DNA from: Mustelus asterias
Taxonomy: Eukaryota
Reading direction: 5' to 3'
Length of the DNA: 64,000 bases
Assembly (NCBI RefSeq): GCF_964213995.1
Contig: NC_135830.1
Location: forward strand, 11,408,001-11,472,000
A model generated the notes under the pieces. The model searched no databases, was not told the DNA's origin, and saw only the letters and a program-made list of their open reading frames with translations. Both the position numbers and the translations under genes were made by a program. Shown here one piece after another: positions 12,475-25,979 of this stretch (positions within the stretch are counted from its first letter, which is position 1; each line of letters opens with the position of its first letter).

Positions 12475-12800
12475 GCTCCGCCCACTGACCGCGCATGCGC
12501 CCTGCACGGAACAAAGATGGCGGCCGCGGCACTGGGCCTGATCCCGGATAAAATCCCCGCAGCTGCAAACCCGGGACCCGCAGGCTCTTATTCGGCCCTT
12601 GCGGTCTACAGCGGGTGTTTGTGAAGCCTCCGCTCCCTCCCCACCCCGACTCCCGGCTCCATTCCTCCCTCCACCCCACCGACTCTCACCCGCTAAAAAA
12701 ATAGCATCTCCCTCACTCGCAGGGCTCCGAGCAAAGTGACACAACGCATGCGCCAGAGACAGCACCACGCCGGCGGACTGGCCTCCTGTGGAGTGAATAG
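12475..12800 (-). promoter_or_regulatory. CpG island / first exon and intron start of a minus-strand ZNF gene
   Basis: CpG-rich; NRF1 gcgcatgcgc, YY1 aagatggcgg; minus-strand donor gcgg|gtgaga at ~12690; homologous to 24350-24540 and 49250-49310. Confidence 0.65.
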
Positions 12801-13038
12801 GGCACTTTCACACCCGCAGCGAATGCTGGGTGATAACTGCACCATTGAAATCTCAAAGGGTTAATACAAAATAAAATTGTTAACATTTGAGATAAATTAA
12901 CAAAATATTGTGAATTGGTGATCTGCTGTACTCCATTTCTGAAAGTTCTGCTGTGGATCCCACACAGAGATATCAAAGCTTTTATACCGTTTCTCCTCTC
13001 CTTCCTTGATGGTGCTGATTCTGGCTGGGTTCAATCGT

Positions 13039-14545
13039 GATGTGGAGATGCCGGCGTTGGACTGGGGTAAACACAGTAAGAGGTCTTACAACACCAGGTT
13101 AAAGTCCAACAGGTTTATTTGGTAGCACAGGCTTTTGGAGTGGTCCTCCTTCAGGTGAGTGAAGAGATGTGTTCACAAACAGGGCATTCATAGACACAGA
13201 CTCAATTTACAAGATAATGGTTAGAATGCGAGTCTTGACAGGTAACCAAGTCTTTAAAGGTACAGACAATGCGAGTGGAGAGAGGGTTAAGCACAGGTTA
13301 AAGAGGTGTGAATTATCTTCAGCCAGGACAGTTAGTGAGATTTTGCAAGCCCAGGAAAGTCATGGGGGTTACAGGTAGTGTGACAGGAACCCAAGATCCC
13401 GGTTGAGGCCATCCTCATGTGTGCGGAATTTGGCTATCAGTTTTTGCTCAGCAATTCTGCGTTGTCATGTGTTGTGAAGACCGCCTTGGAGAACGCTTAC
13501 CCGAAGATCAGAGGTTGAATGCCCGTGAGTGTTCCCCGACAGGAAGAGAACACTCCTGCCTGGTGATTGTCGAGCGGTGTTCAGTCATCCATTGTCGTAG
13601 CATCTGCATGGTCTCGCCAATATACCATGCCTCGGGACATCCTTTCCTGCATTGTATCAGGTAGACAATGTTGGCCGAGTCGCAAGAGTATGTACCATGT
13701 ACTTAGTGGTTGGTATTCTCACGTGAGATGATGGTATCCTTGTCGATGAGCCAGCACATCTTGCAGGGGTTGCTGTGGCAGGGTGGTGTGGTGACTTGGT
13801 CTCTCCTGAAGGCTGGGTAGTTTGCTGCGGACAATGGTCTGTTTGAGGTGCGTCAATGCCAGATTCATCAGCCGCACTCACAAGACAGTCCCGAACGACA
13901 CCCAAGCACAACGCAATGCCATCCGCGCTCTCAAGACCAACCGCAACATTGTCATCAAACCAGCAAAGGGGGGGGGGGCACTGTCATACTGAACAGAATG
14001 AATTACTGCAAAGAAGTGAGCCAACATTGAACAACGAGGAACACTACAGACAGTTATCCGCAGATCCGACCTGTCAACGCAACAGACTGATCAAGACCTT
14101 TGATTCAGACCTCCAAAGCACCCTCCGTGCTCTCATCCCACGTACTCCCCGCATTGGAGATCTCTACTGCCTCCCGAAGATACACAAGGCCAACACACGC
14201 AGTTGTCCCATCGTATCAGGCAATGGGACCCTATGTGAGAACCTCTCCGGCTACGCCAAGGGCATCCTGAAACCCATTGTACAAAGAACCCCCAGCTTCT
14301 GTCGTGATACTACGGACTTCCTACAGAAACGCAGCACACATGGAGCAGTTGAACCAGGAGCACTCCTCGTCACAATGGATGTCCCAGCACTCTACACCAG
14401 CATCCCCCACAATGATGATATTGCTGCAACTGCCTCAGTACTCAATGCTGTCAACTGCCAATCTCCAGATGCAATTCTACAACTCATCCACTTCATCCTG
14501 GACCACAATGTCATCACCTTCAACAACCAGTTCTTCATCCAGACA
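13039..14545. mobile_element. Penelope-like element with internal inversion
   Basis: Minus 13039-13848: GIY-YIG (CDSANIVYLIQC...WYIGET) + 3' repeat; plus 13850-14545: PLE RT (IVIKPA.KGG, LYCLPKIHK, MDVPALYTSIPH). Confidence 0.85.
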
Positions 14546-14573
14546 CAAATTCGCACCTCAATATGCCAACATA

Positions 14574-14825
14574 TGCGATTCCCGGCTTGGGTCACTGTCT
14601 TGTGGAGTCAGCACGTTCTCCCCGCGTCTGCGTAGGTTTCCTCCGGATGTTCTGGTTTCCTCCCACATTCCGAAAGAGGTGCTGGTTAGGTGCATTGGCC
14701 ATGCTAAATTCTCCCAAATTCAGTGTACCCAAACAGGCACTGGAGTGGGGCGACTAGGGGATTTTCAGAGTAACTTCATTGCAGTGTTAATGTAAACCTA
14801 CTTGTGACACTAATAAATAAACTTT
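14574..14825 (+). mobile_element. V-SINE variant with non-CR1 tail
   Basis: V-domain followed by tail ...cttcattgcagtgttaatgtaaacctacttgtgacactaataaataaac. Confidence 0.8.
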
Positions 14826-14864
14826 TTAAAAAAACAGCAGTAATGACAGTAGAAGGCAATCTCT

Positions 14865-15500
14865 GTAGTCACTTGTGATCTCACTGGTGTCTAACCAGGT
14901 TGAATGACTGAATGAAGCTCTTCCCACACTCAAAACAACTACTCCCCTGTGTGAGCTCACTGGTGTCTCAGCAGGTTGAAAGGGCAAATCCTTTCCCACA
15001 AATGGAGCAGGTGAATGACATCACCCTTGTGTGAATGAGCATAAGATCATAAGACATAGGAGCAGAATTAGACCACTCGGCCCATCGAGTCTGCTCAGCC
15101 ATTCAATCATGGCCGATATTTTTCTCACCCCATTCTCCTGCCTTTTCCCCATAACCCCTGATCCCCTTATTAATCAAGAATGAGTTGGTGTTTCAACACT
15201 TCGTGTCTGCTTTTAAAATTTTTACACATTTAGAACATTTTTAGTGTTAAGAAATTAAATTTCAGTGAGGCAGAATAGAAATCATAGAAACCCTACAGTG
15301 CAGAAGGAGGCCATTCGGCCCATCGTTTCTGCACCGACCACAATCCCACCCAGGCCCTACCCCCACATATTTACCCGCTAATCCCTCTGACCTCCGCATC
15401 TCGGAATTCTAAGGGGCAATTGTTAACCTTGACCAATCAACCTAACCCGCACATCTTTGGACTGAGAATGACAGAGCGAATCCCTTCGCACACACAGGTT
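14865..15500 (-). pseudogene. Highly decayed ZNF remnants interrupted by CR1 tail and SINE
   Basis: Finger-coding motifs (ctggtgtctcagcaggttg, cctttcccaca, ggagcaggtgaatg). Confidence 0.55.
15283..15464 (-). mobile_element. HE1-type V-SINE 3' half
   Basis: Reverse complement of tail of 29785-30114. Confidence 0.85.
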
Positions 15501-16339
15501 AGGGTCTGGAATGCACTGACTGAACGTGCGGTGCAGGCAGATTCAATTCAAGCATTCAAAGGGGAAATTAGACATTATCTGAACAGGAAGAATGTGCAGG
15601 GATACAGGGAGAAGGTGACAGAATGGAACTCGTTGAGTTACGCATTCGGAGAACTAGTGCAGACACAATGGGCCAAATGGCCTCCTCCTGCACCAAAACT
15701 CTTCAGTGACTCTGAAATCTTTAAAAGCCTAAAATGCTGGAATAAAACTCAGCAGGTTCAGCAGCATCTATGCAGAGAGAGAAACAGAGTTAACATTTCA
15801 GGTCTGTGACCTTTCCTGTGAACTGGGGAAAGTTAGAAATGTAACAGGTTTGGGTGGGACAGGGACTAAAGGAAGGTCTGTGAGAGGGTGGAAGACAGGA
15901 GAGATTTAATGAGAGAAAAGTGAATCCCCCCCAAAGAGCCAAAGGGAATGGAGATGGAGCGAGAGAAGAAACAGAGAAACAGAAGCTGTGTCTGGAGCAG
16001 GGGGGCTGACGACTGAAAGAAGGAAAAATGAAACAATCAAAGGAAAAGAAACAGAACGGGCTGAGAGTTTACTCTCTGAAACTGTTGGACTGAATGTTGG
16101 GTCCAGAAGGCTGTAAAGTGTGGAGGGGGCGGGGTGAGTGGGAGGATCTTCTCCTGGGCCTGCTCCAGACCCTGGTTAAAGCAGTAATCTGTTGATTCAG
16201 GATGGGTGGGGCTGAAGGGGGAGGCGGGGGTCACTCTGGTTGATCTTCTGTGGTCTTGTTTGTGCCCAGGTGGCCCTGAAGAGGGAGATTCTGTTGGGAC
16301 TTTGTGGCTGATTTTGGTCTTTTAGTTTGATTGAACCAC

Positions 16340-16543
16340 AAGTTTGGGGAAACGAGGAGGAAGAATGTTCCAGAGAAACTGGAATTATCTGTTTTGAATT
16401 TCTATTCTGCATTGATAGTGACACTGACCCTGTCAACTCCTTTTTTTAAATTAGAAGGGAAGGATTTAATGATAGAAAATTAAAACCAAACATCAGGTCA
16501 AAATTTGACAGGGTCACTCGATTCACCAGGACCTGAATTTCAC
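16340..16543 (+). pseudogene. Orphan ZNF exon leader (intron end + 5' of exon), fingers lost
   Basis: Homologous to 52440-52640. Confidence 0.55.
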
Positions 16544-16646
16544 AGAATCATGGTGCAGGAGACCATTTGGCCCATCGTGTTTGCACTGGCCCTCCAAATG
16601 AACTTCATGGCTTAGTGCCATTCTCCTGCCTTTTCTCCATACCCTT

Positions 16647-17288
16647 TGTTAGGGAGCTTTCCTCGCTGTCCCATTCCTCACTCCCCTGAGAGTCCAGACA
16701 AATAGTTTCAAAGTTTAAAATTGGCCTTTATTCAATCTATAGCAGGGGAAACCTGTTTCCACACGTGACATACAGGCTCCCAGAACAAAGGAATACAACA
16801 GCAATTATATCTTTAACATCAACTATAAGTCATGAACACACAAATCAAAGTTGTAAACGTATTCAAAGGTACTCAATATCCAATCCCAACTAATAGTTCT
16901 GATTACTTCATTTGTTTTCCGCAGTCGTGTTTAACCAATTACAGCAGCCCTACGCTTGCTTAATCACAATATTCAATCAACAGGGCACGTGCACATAGCT
17001 ACATTATCAATAAACACATGTCTGTGTCCTTGACTGTCTGGCACCCTGAGTGGTGGCTTATGACTTCTGTCAAAACACACTGCAGTCCTGGGCTGTTATC
17101 TGAAAGCAGTGATGTTGTAGTTACAGCCTCTTGTGGGCCATCAAAGGCCCCATGTTGATTATTTTTGCAGCTGTGCCTTGCAGCTCCAGCAGTTTCCCAG
17201 GAACTTTGCTGCATTGAATGATTTTTAACCCTTTCGCCATCTATCCCAGGTATTAGTCCAGTCGACCTTCTCTGACCTGCTTCTTACA
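16647..17288 (-). mobile_element. Solo LTR (Gypsy-like, 642 bp)
   Basis: tgtta...ttaca termini; 4-bp flanks cctt/catt; minus-strand TATA (~16805) upstream of AATAAA (~16728). Confidence 0.65.
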
Positions 17289-18292
17289 CATTTACATTCC
17301 TTTCTTAAGCAGATGAATAATACTCCAACTGTGGTCACACCAGTGTTCTGTATAACTAATGAATAACGTCCCTTCTTTTGTAATCAATCCCCTTCACAAT
17401 AAACAATGACATTCTATTAACTTTCCTGATTACTTGCTGTACCTGCATACCAGCCTTTTGCGATTCATGTACAAGGACACACAGATCCCTCTGAGTCTCT
17501 CACTATTTTGATGATATACTTTCTTTTCATTCTTCCTCCCAAAATGGACAATTTCACATTTGCCCACATTATTCTACATTTACCTGTTCTTTGCCCACTC
17601 GCTTAACCTATCTATGTCCCTTTGTAGCCTCTTTACATCCTTTTCATTACTTACTTTTCCAGCTACCTTTATATCATCAGCAAATTTAGCAACCATACCT
17701 TCAATTCCTTCATCTGAGTTATTTATATAAATGGTAAAAAGGTTGAGGTCCCAGCATTGATCCCTGTGGCACACCGCTCGTCACATCCAGCCAACTGGAA
17801 AAAGACCCATTTACGCCAATCCTGTTTCCTGTTAAGTCGCCAATCTTCTTTCCGTGCCAATATGTTACCATTCCCCCAGCCCCACTAGGAGTTTTCATTT
17901 TCCACAATAACCTTTGATGTGATAGCTTACAAATGCATTCTGGAAATCTCAGTACATTCACCTTTCTGCACCTTTGGTTCCCCTTTATCCACAGCACATG
18001 TGACTCCTTCAAAGAACTGAAAAAATAGGTTGAATATGGTTTCCCTTTCTCAAAACCATGTTGACTCTTCTTCATGGCCTGATTTTTTCTCACTGCCATG
18101 CTGTAACATATTTAATAATAGCTTCTAACATTTTTCCTACGGCATGTTAAGTTAACTGTCCTGTAGTTTCCTGCTTTTTGTCTCTCTCCTTCTTTGAATA
18201 AAGGAGTTACATTTGCTACTTTCTAATCGAATGGAACTTCCACCAAAACCGGGGTATTTTGGAAAATTAGAACAATGCATCAACTATCTCAC

Positions 18293-18446
18293 CCGTCATT
18301 TCTACCCCTCTTCAGCTAAAGAACAGCCATATGGCCTCGAAATGTCAACTCTGTTTCTCCCTCCACAGGTGCTGCCAGACCTGCTGAGTCTTTCCAGCAT
18401 TTTCTGTTTTTATTTCAGATTTTCAGTATCTGCAATACTTTGCTTT
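18293..18446 (+). mobile_element. Short Penelope-derived insert
   Basis: 8-bp TSD tatctcac (18285-18292 / 18447-18454); gctgccagacctgctgag..tttccagcattttctgttttt motif. Confidence 0.6.
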
Positions 18447-18780
18447 TATCTCACGAGCTACTTCTTTTAAGAGCTGAGAATGAAGTCCATCGGGACCCAG
18501 GCATTTGTCAGTCCACAGCTCCAACTATTTGCTCAGTGCAACTTCATAAGTGACAGCAGTTTTCCTGAGTTCCTCTCTCCCTTCCACACCCCGATAAGAT
18601 ATTACTTCTATCCTCGATACTATCGGGCAGAGTACTATAGTGAAGACTGATACAAAGTACCTGTTGAATTCATCTGCCACCTCCTCACTTTCCATTATTA
18701 ATTCCCTGGAGTCACTTTCTCTTCGACTAACATTCACTTGGATAACTCTTTTTTATTTAAATATCCAGAGAAATGTTTAC

Positions 18781-20277
18781 AGAACAAAGAGAATTATAGC
18801 AGAGGAACAGGCCCTTCTGCCCTCCATGGTCCTGCACCGACTATGCTGCCCGACTGAACTAAAACCCCCGACCCTTCCAGGGACCATATCCCTCTATTCC
18901 CATCCTATTCATGTAAAAGTCAAGACGCCCCTTAAAAGTCACTACCGTATCCGCTTCCACTATCTCCCCCGGCAACGAGTTCCAGGCACCCACTACTCTC
19001 TGTGTAAAAAATCTGCCTCGTACATCTCCTTTAAATCTTGCCCCTCGCACCTTAAACCTGTGCCCCCTGGTAATTGACTCTTCCACCCTGGGGAAAAAGC
19101 TTCTGACTATCCACTCTGTCCATGCCTCTCATAATCTTGTAGAATTCTATCAGGTCGCCCCCCTCACCTCCGTCGCTCCAGTGAGAACAAACTAAGTTTC
19201 TCCAACCTTTCCTCATAGCTAATGCCCTCCATACCCGGCAACATCCTGGTAAATCTTTTCTGTACCATCTCCAAAGTCTCCACATCCTTCTGGTAGTGTG
19301 GCGACCAGAATTGAACACTATATTCCAAGTGCGGCCTAACTAAGGTTCTACAAAGCTGCAACATGACTTGCCAATTTTTAAACTCAATGTCCCGGCCGAT
19401 GAAGGCAAGCATGCCGTATGCCTTCTTGACTACCTTCTCCACCTGCATTGCCACTTTCAGTGGTCTGTGTACCTGTACACCCAGATCCCTTTGCCCATCA
19501 ATACTCTTAAGGGTTCTCCATTTACTGTATATTTCCTATCTGTATTAGACCTTCCAAAATGCATTACCTCACATTTGTCCGGATTAAACTCCATCTGCCA
19601 TTTCTCCACCCAAGTCTCCAACTGATCTATATCCTTCTGTATCCTCTGATGGTCCTCATCGCTATCCGCAAATCCACCAACCTTTGTGTCGTTCGCAAAC
19701 TTACGAATCAAACCAGTTATATTTTCCTCCAAATCATTTACAGATATTAGAAACAGCAAAGGTCCCAGCACTGATCCCCAAGGAACGCCACTTGTCCCAG
19801 CTCTCCATTCAGAAATGCACTCTTCCACTGCTACCCTCTGTCTTCTTTGATCGAGCCAGTTTTGTATCCACGTAGCCAGCTCACCTCTGATCCCATGCGA
19901 CTTCACCTTCTGCACCAGTCTGCCATGAGGGACCTTGTCAAAGGCCTTACTGAAGTCCATGTAGACAACATCCACTGCCCTACCCTCATCAATCATCTTC
20001 GTCACTTGCTCGAAAAACTCGATCAAGTTCGTGAGACACGACCTCCCCTTCACAAAACCATGTTGCCACTCACTAATACGTCCACTTATTTCCAAGTGGG
20101 AATAAATCCTGTCTCGAAGAATCCTCTCCAATAATTTCCCTATCACTGATGTAAGGCTCACCAGCCTGTAATTACCTGGATTATTCTTGCTCCCCTTCTT
20201 AAACAAAGGAACAACATTGGCTATTCTCCAATCCTCTGGGACCTCCCCGGTAGCCAATGAGGATACAAAGATTTCTA
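18781..20277 (-). mobile_element. Younger CR1, 5'-truncated
   Basis: RT ORF pieces 19457..20326, 19164..19454, 18859..19086; same subfamily as 33910-35462. Confidence 0.92.
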
Positions 20278-20619
20278 ATTTACTATCCATCTTTATATTT
20301 CTAGCTGCCTTTCTCTCGTACTCCAATTCTTCTCCTTATTTAATCTTTTTATCATTCTTTGCTGTTTATATTCTGTCTAGTTTTCTGACCTGCCACCCAT
20401 CTTTGTGCAATTGTTTACTTTTTTCTTTAAGTTTTATACTATCTTTAACTTTTTTCGTGAACCACGGATGGTGGGTTGTCCCCTTGGAATTTTTCTTCCT
20501 CATTGGAATGTATCTGTTCTGGGTTTTCTGAAATAACCCTTTCAAATCTGCCACTGCACCTCTATTGACCAGTTCCTTAACCTCATTTGCCAGTTCACTT
20601 ACATTGAACACAGTTCGGT

Positions 20620-21035
20620 CCTCGATGTGATTAACAGAAAAGTCCAATCACTGTGGTTAGTTGTAAACTCGCTGGTGACTCCGCAGTGTGGATGACTGAG
20701 TGAATCTCTTCCAAAACTCAGGGCAGTTAAATGGTTTCTCCCCAGTGTGATCAGCTCAGAAGACTGAGTGAATCCCTTCCCACACTCAGAGTGGGTGAAT
20801 GGCCTTCCCCCAGTGTGAGTGCGCCACTGAGTTTCCAGCTCTGACAGGTAACTGAGTCTCTCCTCACAGTCTCACATTTCCATGGTCTCTCGCTAATGTG
20901 ACTGTGGTTGTAAACAGTGCTGTTTCCTTCCAGGTTCAAAAATCTCTGCTTGTTATGTTACGATAAATTGTGTGGCTCCATCCAATCCTGATCTGATGTT
21001 TTGTGTGAGTTTCCTGACCCCAAATCCTCCCATTC
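20620..21035 (-). pseudogene. Decayed ZNF exon
   Basis: NLEGNSTV...SERPWKCE leader and finger remnants with indels. Confidence 0.7.
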
Positions 21036-21147
21036 TCAGACCAACAATATTAACACCTACAGCAGGGCTGGAGTCACTTTTCAATTCAGCAGAAACAGAC
21101 CCAAATGAACATGGTTCAGTTTGAATATGATTCACAGCAAAATTCAA

Positions 21148-22446
21148 TCACAATAGTTCCTTGTGAATTCGCTGGTGTTTCAGCAGATTTGATGACTGAC
21201 TGAATCCCTTCCCACACACAGAGCAAGTGAACGGCTTCTCCCCAGTGTGAACTCGTTGGTGAGCCTGCAGCGTGTGTGAGTGAGCAAAGTCCTTCCCACA
21301 TTGGGAACAAGTGAACATCCTCTCCCCAGTGTGAATCCGTTGGTGGATTGCTAGGTTGGATGATTGACTGAACCCCTTCCCACACTGGGAACAGATGAAC
21401 GGTCTCTCCCCAGTGTGAACTCGCTGGTGTGTCCACAGATTGCCTGAGTGTGCAAATCCCTTCCCACACTGGGAGCAGATGAAAGGCTTCTCCCCAGTGT
21501 GAGTTCGCTGGTGTGCCAGCAGGTGAGATGAGTCAGTGAATCGCTTCCCACACTGGGAGCAAGTTAACGGCCTCTCCCCAGTGTGAACTCGCAGGTGTAT
21601 CAGGAGGTTGGATGAGCGAGCAAATCCCTTCCCACACTGGGAGCAAGTGAATGGCTTTTCCCCAGTGTGAACTTGCTGGTGTAATGTTAGGTTAGATGAC
21701 TGACTGAATGCCTTCCCACAAACAGAACAGCTGAATGGTCTCTCCCCAGTGTGGATCCTCTGGTGTATGTGTAAGCTGGATGACTGAGTGAATCCTTTCC
21801 CACACTGGGAGCAGATGAACGGCCTCTCCCCAGTGTGAATTCGCTGGTGTGTCAGGAGGTTGGCTGAGAGCGCGAATCTCTTCCCACATTGAGAACAGCT
21901 GAATGGCCTCTCCCCATTGTGAACGCGCTGGTGTTTTGTTAGCATGGATGATGCTTTGAAGCCCTTCCCACACACAGAGCAAGTGAATGGTCTGTCCTCA
22001 CTGTGAATTCGCTGGTGTTTTGCTAGGTTTGATGACTGATTGAATCCCTTCCCACACACAGAGCAGGTGAATGGTTTCTCCCCCGTGTGAGTTCGCTTGT
22101 GCAATGCTAGGCTGAATGACCGATTGAATGCCTTCCCACACAGAGAGCAGGTGAATGGCCTCTCCTCAGTGTGAGTCCTCTGGTGTATATGTAAACTGGA
22201 TGACTGAGTGAATCCTTTCCCACAGTGGGAGCAGGTGAATGGCCTCTCCCCTGTGTGACTACGTTGATGAATTTCCAGCAAGGATGGGGATTTGAATCCC
22301 TTCTCACAGTCCCCACATTTCCACAGTTTCTCTCTGTTGTGACTGCAATTATGTTCCGAAAGGTCAGATGATTGGTTGAAGGCTTGTCCACACACAGAAC
22401 ACTTGTACAGTTTCTCTCCACTGTGAATGGTGCTATTTTCTTCCAT
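21148..22446 (-). CDS. C2H2 zinc-finger protein, 15 tandem fingers, no effector domain
   Basis: Uninterrupted ORF, ATG 22446, acceptor ttcacag| at 22556. Confidence 0.9.
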   Translation of the reverse strand: MEENSTIHSGEKLYKCSVCGQAFNQSSDLSEHNCSHNREKLWKCGDCEKGFKSPSLLEIHQRSHTGERPFTCSHCGKGFTQSSSLHIHQRTHTEERPFTCSLCGKAFNRSFSLALHKRTHTGEKPFTCSVCGKGFNQSSNLAKHQRIHSEDRPFTCSVCGKGFKASSMLTKHQRVHNGERPFSCSQCGKRFALSANLLTHQRIHTGERPFICSQCGKGFTQSSSLHIHQRIHTGERPFSCSVCGKAFSQSSNLTLHQQVHTGEKPFTCSQCGKGFARSSNLLIHLRVHTGERPLTCSQCGKRFTDSSHLLAHQRTHTGEKPFICSQCGKGFAHSGNLWTHQRVHTGERPFICSQCGKGFSQSSNLAIHQRIHTGERMFTCSQCGKDFAHSHTLQAHQRVHTGEKPFTCSVCGKGFSQSSNLLKHQRIHKELL

Positions 22447-22984
22447 GTTCAAAATACAATGATATTCAGGTTACAATAAATTGGCCGACTCCATAAGGTA
22501 CTGATACCAGGCTTGGTTTCAGTTTCCAAACTGCAAATCCTCCTCTTCTAATACCCTGTGAAATTGAATTAAAACAGAAAAAGGGAGTGAGAGAGAACCC
22601 ATAAAAACACAAAGGCAGGTTGTGAAATTGAGCTGAATGAACCTGGTAATTTGTGGGGACAGCACCAGGAAAAAGTGACCACGAAAACTGCTGGATTGTC
22701 AAAAAACCCAATTGATTTCCTAATGTCCTTCAGGGAAGGGAACCTGCCATCCAGTCTGGGCACTATGGGAAAAGACAGAGAGAAATAGGAGAGATCGGGA
22801 ATGAAGGAGAGGGATTTTATACATCTACAACTCAATGAGAACATTGATAGAATCTCCCAAACCCTCAACCTCCACCACCTCGAAGGACCAAGATAGCAGG
22901 TAAATGTGAACATCATCAACTCCAAGTTCCCCTCTTGTCTGATATCCAGTACTAAAAAACAGAAATTTCTTTCAAAAAATACTG

Positions 22985-23540
22985 GGAAGTCTGAACCCAT
23001 TGTGTTCAGCCCCGACTACAAACTCCACTCCCTCACCAACAACTCTATCCCTCTTCCTGGCAATTGGCTGAAGCTGAACCGGCTGTTCACAACCCTGGTG
23101 AAATATTTCACTCTAGGATGAGCTTCCAGCCACATATCCACATCATCATCAAGACTGCTTATTTCCACCTTCATTCATAGAAATCCTACAGTGTGAGGAG
23201 GTCATTCGGACCATCGAGCCTGACAACAATCCCACCCAGGCCCAATCATCCCCATTTATCCTACGTATTTACCCTGTTAATCCTGCTGATGCCAAGGGTT
23301 AATTTATCGTGGCCAATCCATCTAACCTGCACATCTTTAGACTGTGGGAGGAAACCAGAACACCCGGAGGAAACCCACACAGACACGGGGGGAATGTAGA
23401 AACTCTGCACAGACAGCGACCTGAGGCTGGAATTGAACCCGGGTCCCTGGCGTTGTTAGGCAGCTGCACTAACCACTGTGCCACCGGGCCACATGTCAGT
23501 GCCATCGCCCGACTCCAGCCCAGTCTCAGCTCATCTGGAA
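22985..23540 (+). mobile_element. L2 fragment containing an HE1-type SINE (23175-23489, minus)
   Basis: L2 3' ORF motifs (gagcttccagccacatatcc, aagactgcttatttccacct); SINE V-domain. Confidence 0.65.
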
Positions 23541-23818
23541 CTCTCACCCATTCCATTGTGACGTCACACCCTCACCCATTCCATTGTGACATCACACTCT
23601 CACCCATTCCATTGTGATGTCACACACTCACCCATTCCATTGTGATGTCACACTCTCACCCATTCCATTGTGATGTCACACACTCACCCATTCCATTTTG
23701 ACCTCACACTCTGACCCATTCCATTGTGACGTCACACCCTCACCCATTCCATTGTGACGTCACACCCTCACCCATTCCATTGTGACATCACACTCTCACC
23801 CATTCCATGGTGACGTCA
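23541..23818. repeat. 28-bp minisatellite, 10 units, palindromic CRE core
   Basis: Unit ctctcacccattccattgTGACGTCAca; perfect TGACGTCA in 4 units. Confidence 0.95.
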
Positions 23819-24081
23819 GGGCTTCACTCTCCGATCACAATCCCTGCCGGCCTCCCACATGCAGCCTCAATGGCGGCAGTCAGCCCGGGTCTAACACTAC
23901 AAGCTACCGCTCCATTTGGTACAAAGGGGGGGACCGGGAAGTTCATTTCCGGGGTTTGGGTTTGAACAACATGTTTACAAAGTCTCTCCACCCACCCGCC
24001 ATATTTATCATTCCCCGCGCGCCGCCCTCTACCTCGTATTGATCTCGCTTCCAAATTAAAACCGTCCGTCGCCATTACTCG

Positions 24082-24236
24082 CACTGCGCATGCTTCAGGT
24101 CCCGCCCCTCAGTCACTCCGATTGGTTGGAGGACCAGCTGCTCCCGCACTGTCCTCCAGCCCCGCCCCCTCTTCCTATTGGCCCGGAGCTGCCGTCAATC
24201 AGCCCCCGGGTAGTGTGATGTGGAGCATGCGCAGTG
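24082..24236. promoter_or_regulatory. Bidirectional promoter cassette 1 in CpG island
   Basis: Inverted NRF1-like ends cactgcgcatgct/agcatgcgcagtg, two GC boxes, two ATTGG boxes; between divergent ZNF genes. Confidence 0.75.
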
Positions 24237-25064
24237 TGTGTATGCAGCCAGTGAGTAAGTGCCGGGTGAGCGGGAAGGATGGCGTCGGAGGGAAAGAAAT
24301 CAGTGGTGTCGGCCACAAAAACCAGAACAGAGGCGGTCGTGTTAAATATCAAGCGGGTGAGTAACGTCTGAGTGCGGAAGGGTGCTGGAGCCGGTGGGTG
24401 TGTGCCGATGTTTCAGATAATCCTCGATAGAGGCCTCAATCCCGGAATGAGAAGCAGCCGGTTCAACGGTTGAAAGACCCGGATACCGACCGCCATCTTT
24501 GTAGGGGGCAATGTGTAGAAAAGCGCATGCGTAGCGCCATCTTTATCAGTAGCAGTGCACCAGCGCGCGTGCGCAGTGCTCCCTTCAGCAGGAGGACTGA
24601 GTGATGGATTTTGGAAACTCTTTTACAAGGGGATGGTTTACACACAGCAAACTCAAATCAAGAGAATTATTTGTCTCTTCTGAATGGAATTAGCAGTTAG
24701 AATGTTTATTGATCTATCTAATACTGGGAGCCATGAACACACAAACTTCTTATTGTTCTGTTCTCTACCTGAAGGCAGGTCTGACCCACAATGTCAGGAT
24801 CTCTGCTATGGGTCGGGCAAAGAGGCAGAACCCAAATCCACCCCAGCCAGAATGGGGATTGAACCCCGTGCTGTCGGCACCAATCTCATCCACACCGGCC
24901 AGCTAGACCCCACAAGGAACCAGGCTACAGTGGCAACAGAAACTTTTATATCCGCTACCCGTGGAGCCATGGATAGTGATGGGAGAGGCTCCAAATTGTT
25001 TCCATCATATGACTGACCAGGAATCTCTCCTGCTCTTATTGTCTATCATTGGTGTATGTTCGAA

Positions 25065-25380
25065 GGGCAGCATGGTGGCACAGTGGTTAGCACTGCTGCC
25101 TCACAGCGCCAGGGATCCAGGTTCGATTCCTGGCCCGGGTCACTGTCTGTGTGGAGTTTGCACATTCTCAGTGTGTCTGCGTGGGTTTCCTCTGGGTGCT
25201 CTGGTTTCCTCCCACAGTCCAAAGATGTGCAAGTTAGGTGCATTGGCCATGCTAAATTGCCCTTTAGTATCAGGGGGACTAGTCTGGGTCAATGCCTGGG
25301 GATAGGGCAAGGGCAGGATTGTGGTCGGTGCAGACACGATGGGCCGAATGGCCTCTTTCTGCACTGTAGTGATTCTATGA
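25065..25380 (+). mobile_element. HE1-type V-SINE, full length
   Basis: A-box tggcacagtgg, B-box ggttcgattcc, V-domain, CR1 tail. Confidence 0.92.
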
Positions 25381-25979
25381 ATGATTTACAGTTTGGCCAC
25401 ATTATGAACACACCTTCCTCGGCCATGTACTCTGAGTGGGACTGGAAACCAGAGCTTCTGACTCAGAAGAAGGGTCACTCCCCACTGCACCACATCTTCA
25501 CAGTGCACAATCCAGACTAATAAATCTAACAGGAAAACAGGAGACATTTCTTTTCACAAACAGTTGTTAAAATGTGGAACTGACTGGAAGTCGTTGAGAC
25601 AGATAACTTAGATTTTTTCAAAAGGAAACTAGATGAGAATGAGAGAAAAGAGAAGCTGAAAGGCTGAGATGAGGTTAGCAGAATGGGAGGAGACTCGTGT
25701 GGAGTAGAAACTCTGTACAGACTAGATTGCCCGAATGGCCTGTTTGTGTATTATATCGTCTATGTAATTCTTTGTGAAATTATTTTGCAGGGTAATGGAA
25801 GAGGAGGATTTGCAGTCAGGAAAAACAAACCAAACTTTGTGTCACAATTGGAAAGTCAATTCATCAGGATGTGAAGATTTGTACACCTGAAGGGACTTAA
25901 TTGACTGTCTCAGCAGGAAGCTGGTGAGAGTCTGTAAACCTGCTCTTCCTGTGGGAAGGGATTGATACAGTTGGTAAAC

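Larger units (their letters stand above)
17290..20600 (-). mobile_element. Old CR1 ORF2 remnant (17290-18780 and 20278-20600) hosting younger insertions
   Basis: Broken RT motifs (GVPQGSMLGP, KFADDIK, NRYFVSVFT, RYIPMRKK). Confidence 0.8.

Noticed and set aside
23541-23818. CRISPR-like 28-bp palindromic repeats (also 33171-33293)
   Set aside because: Units are contiguous with no spacers, no cas genes, vertebrate context: minisatellites
25056-25520. Recurrent short ORFs such as VVSTAASQRQGPG / DCGRKPEHPEETH
   Set aside because: Translations of SINE copies on either strand
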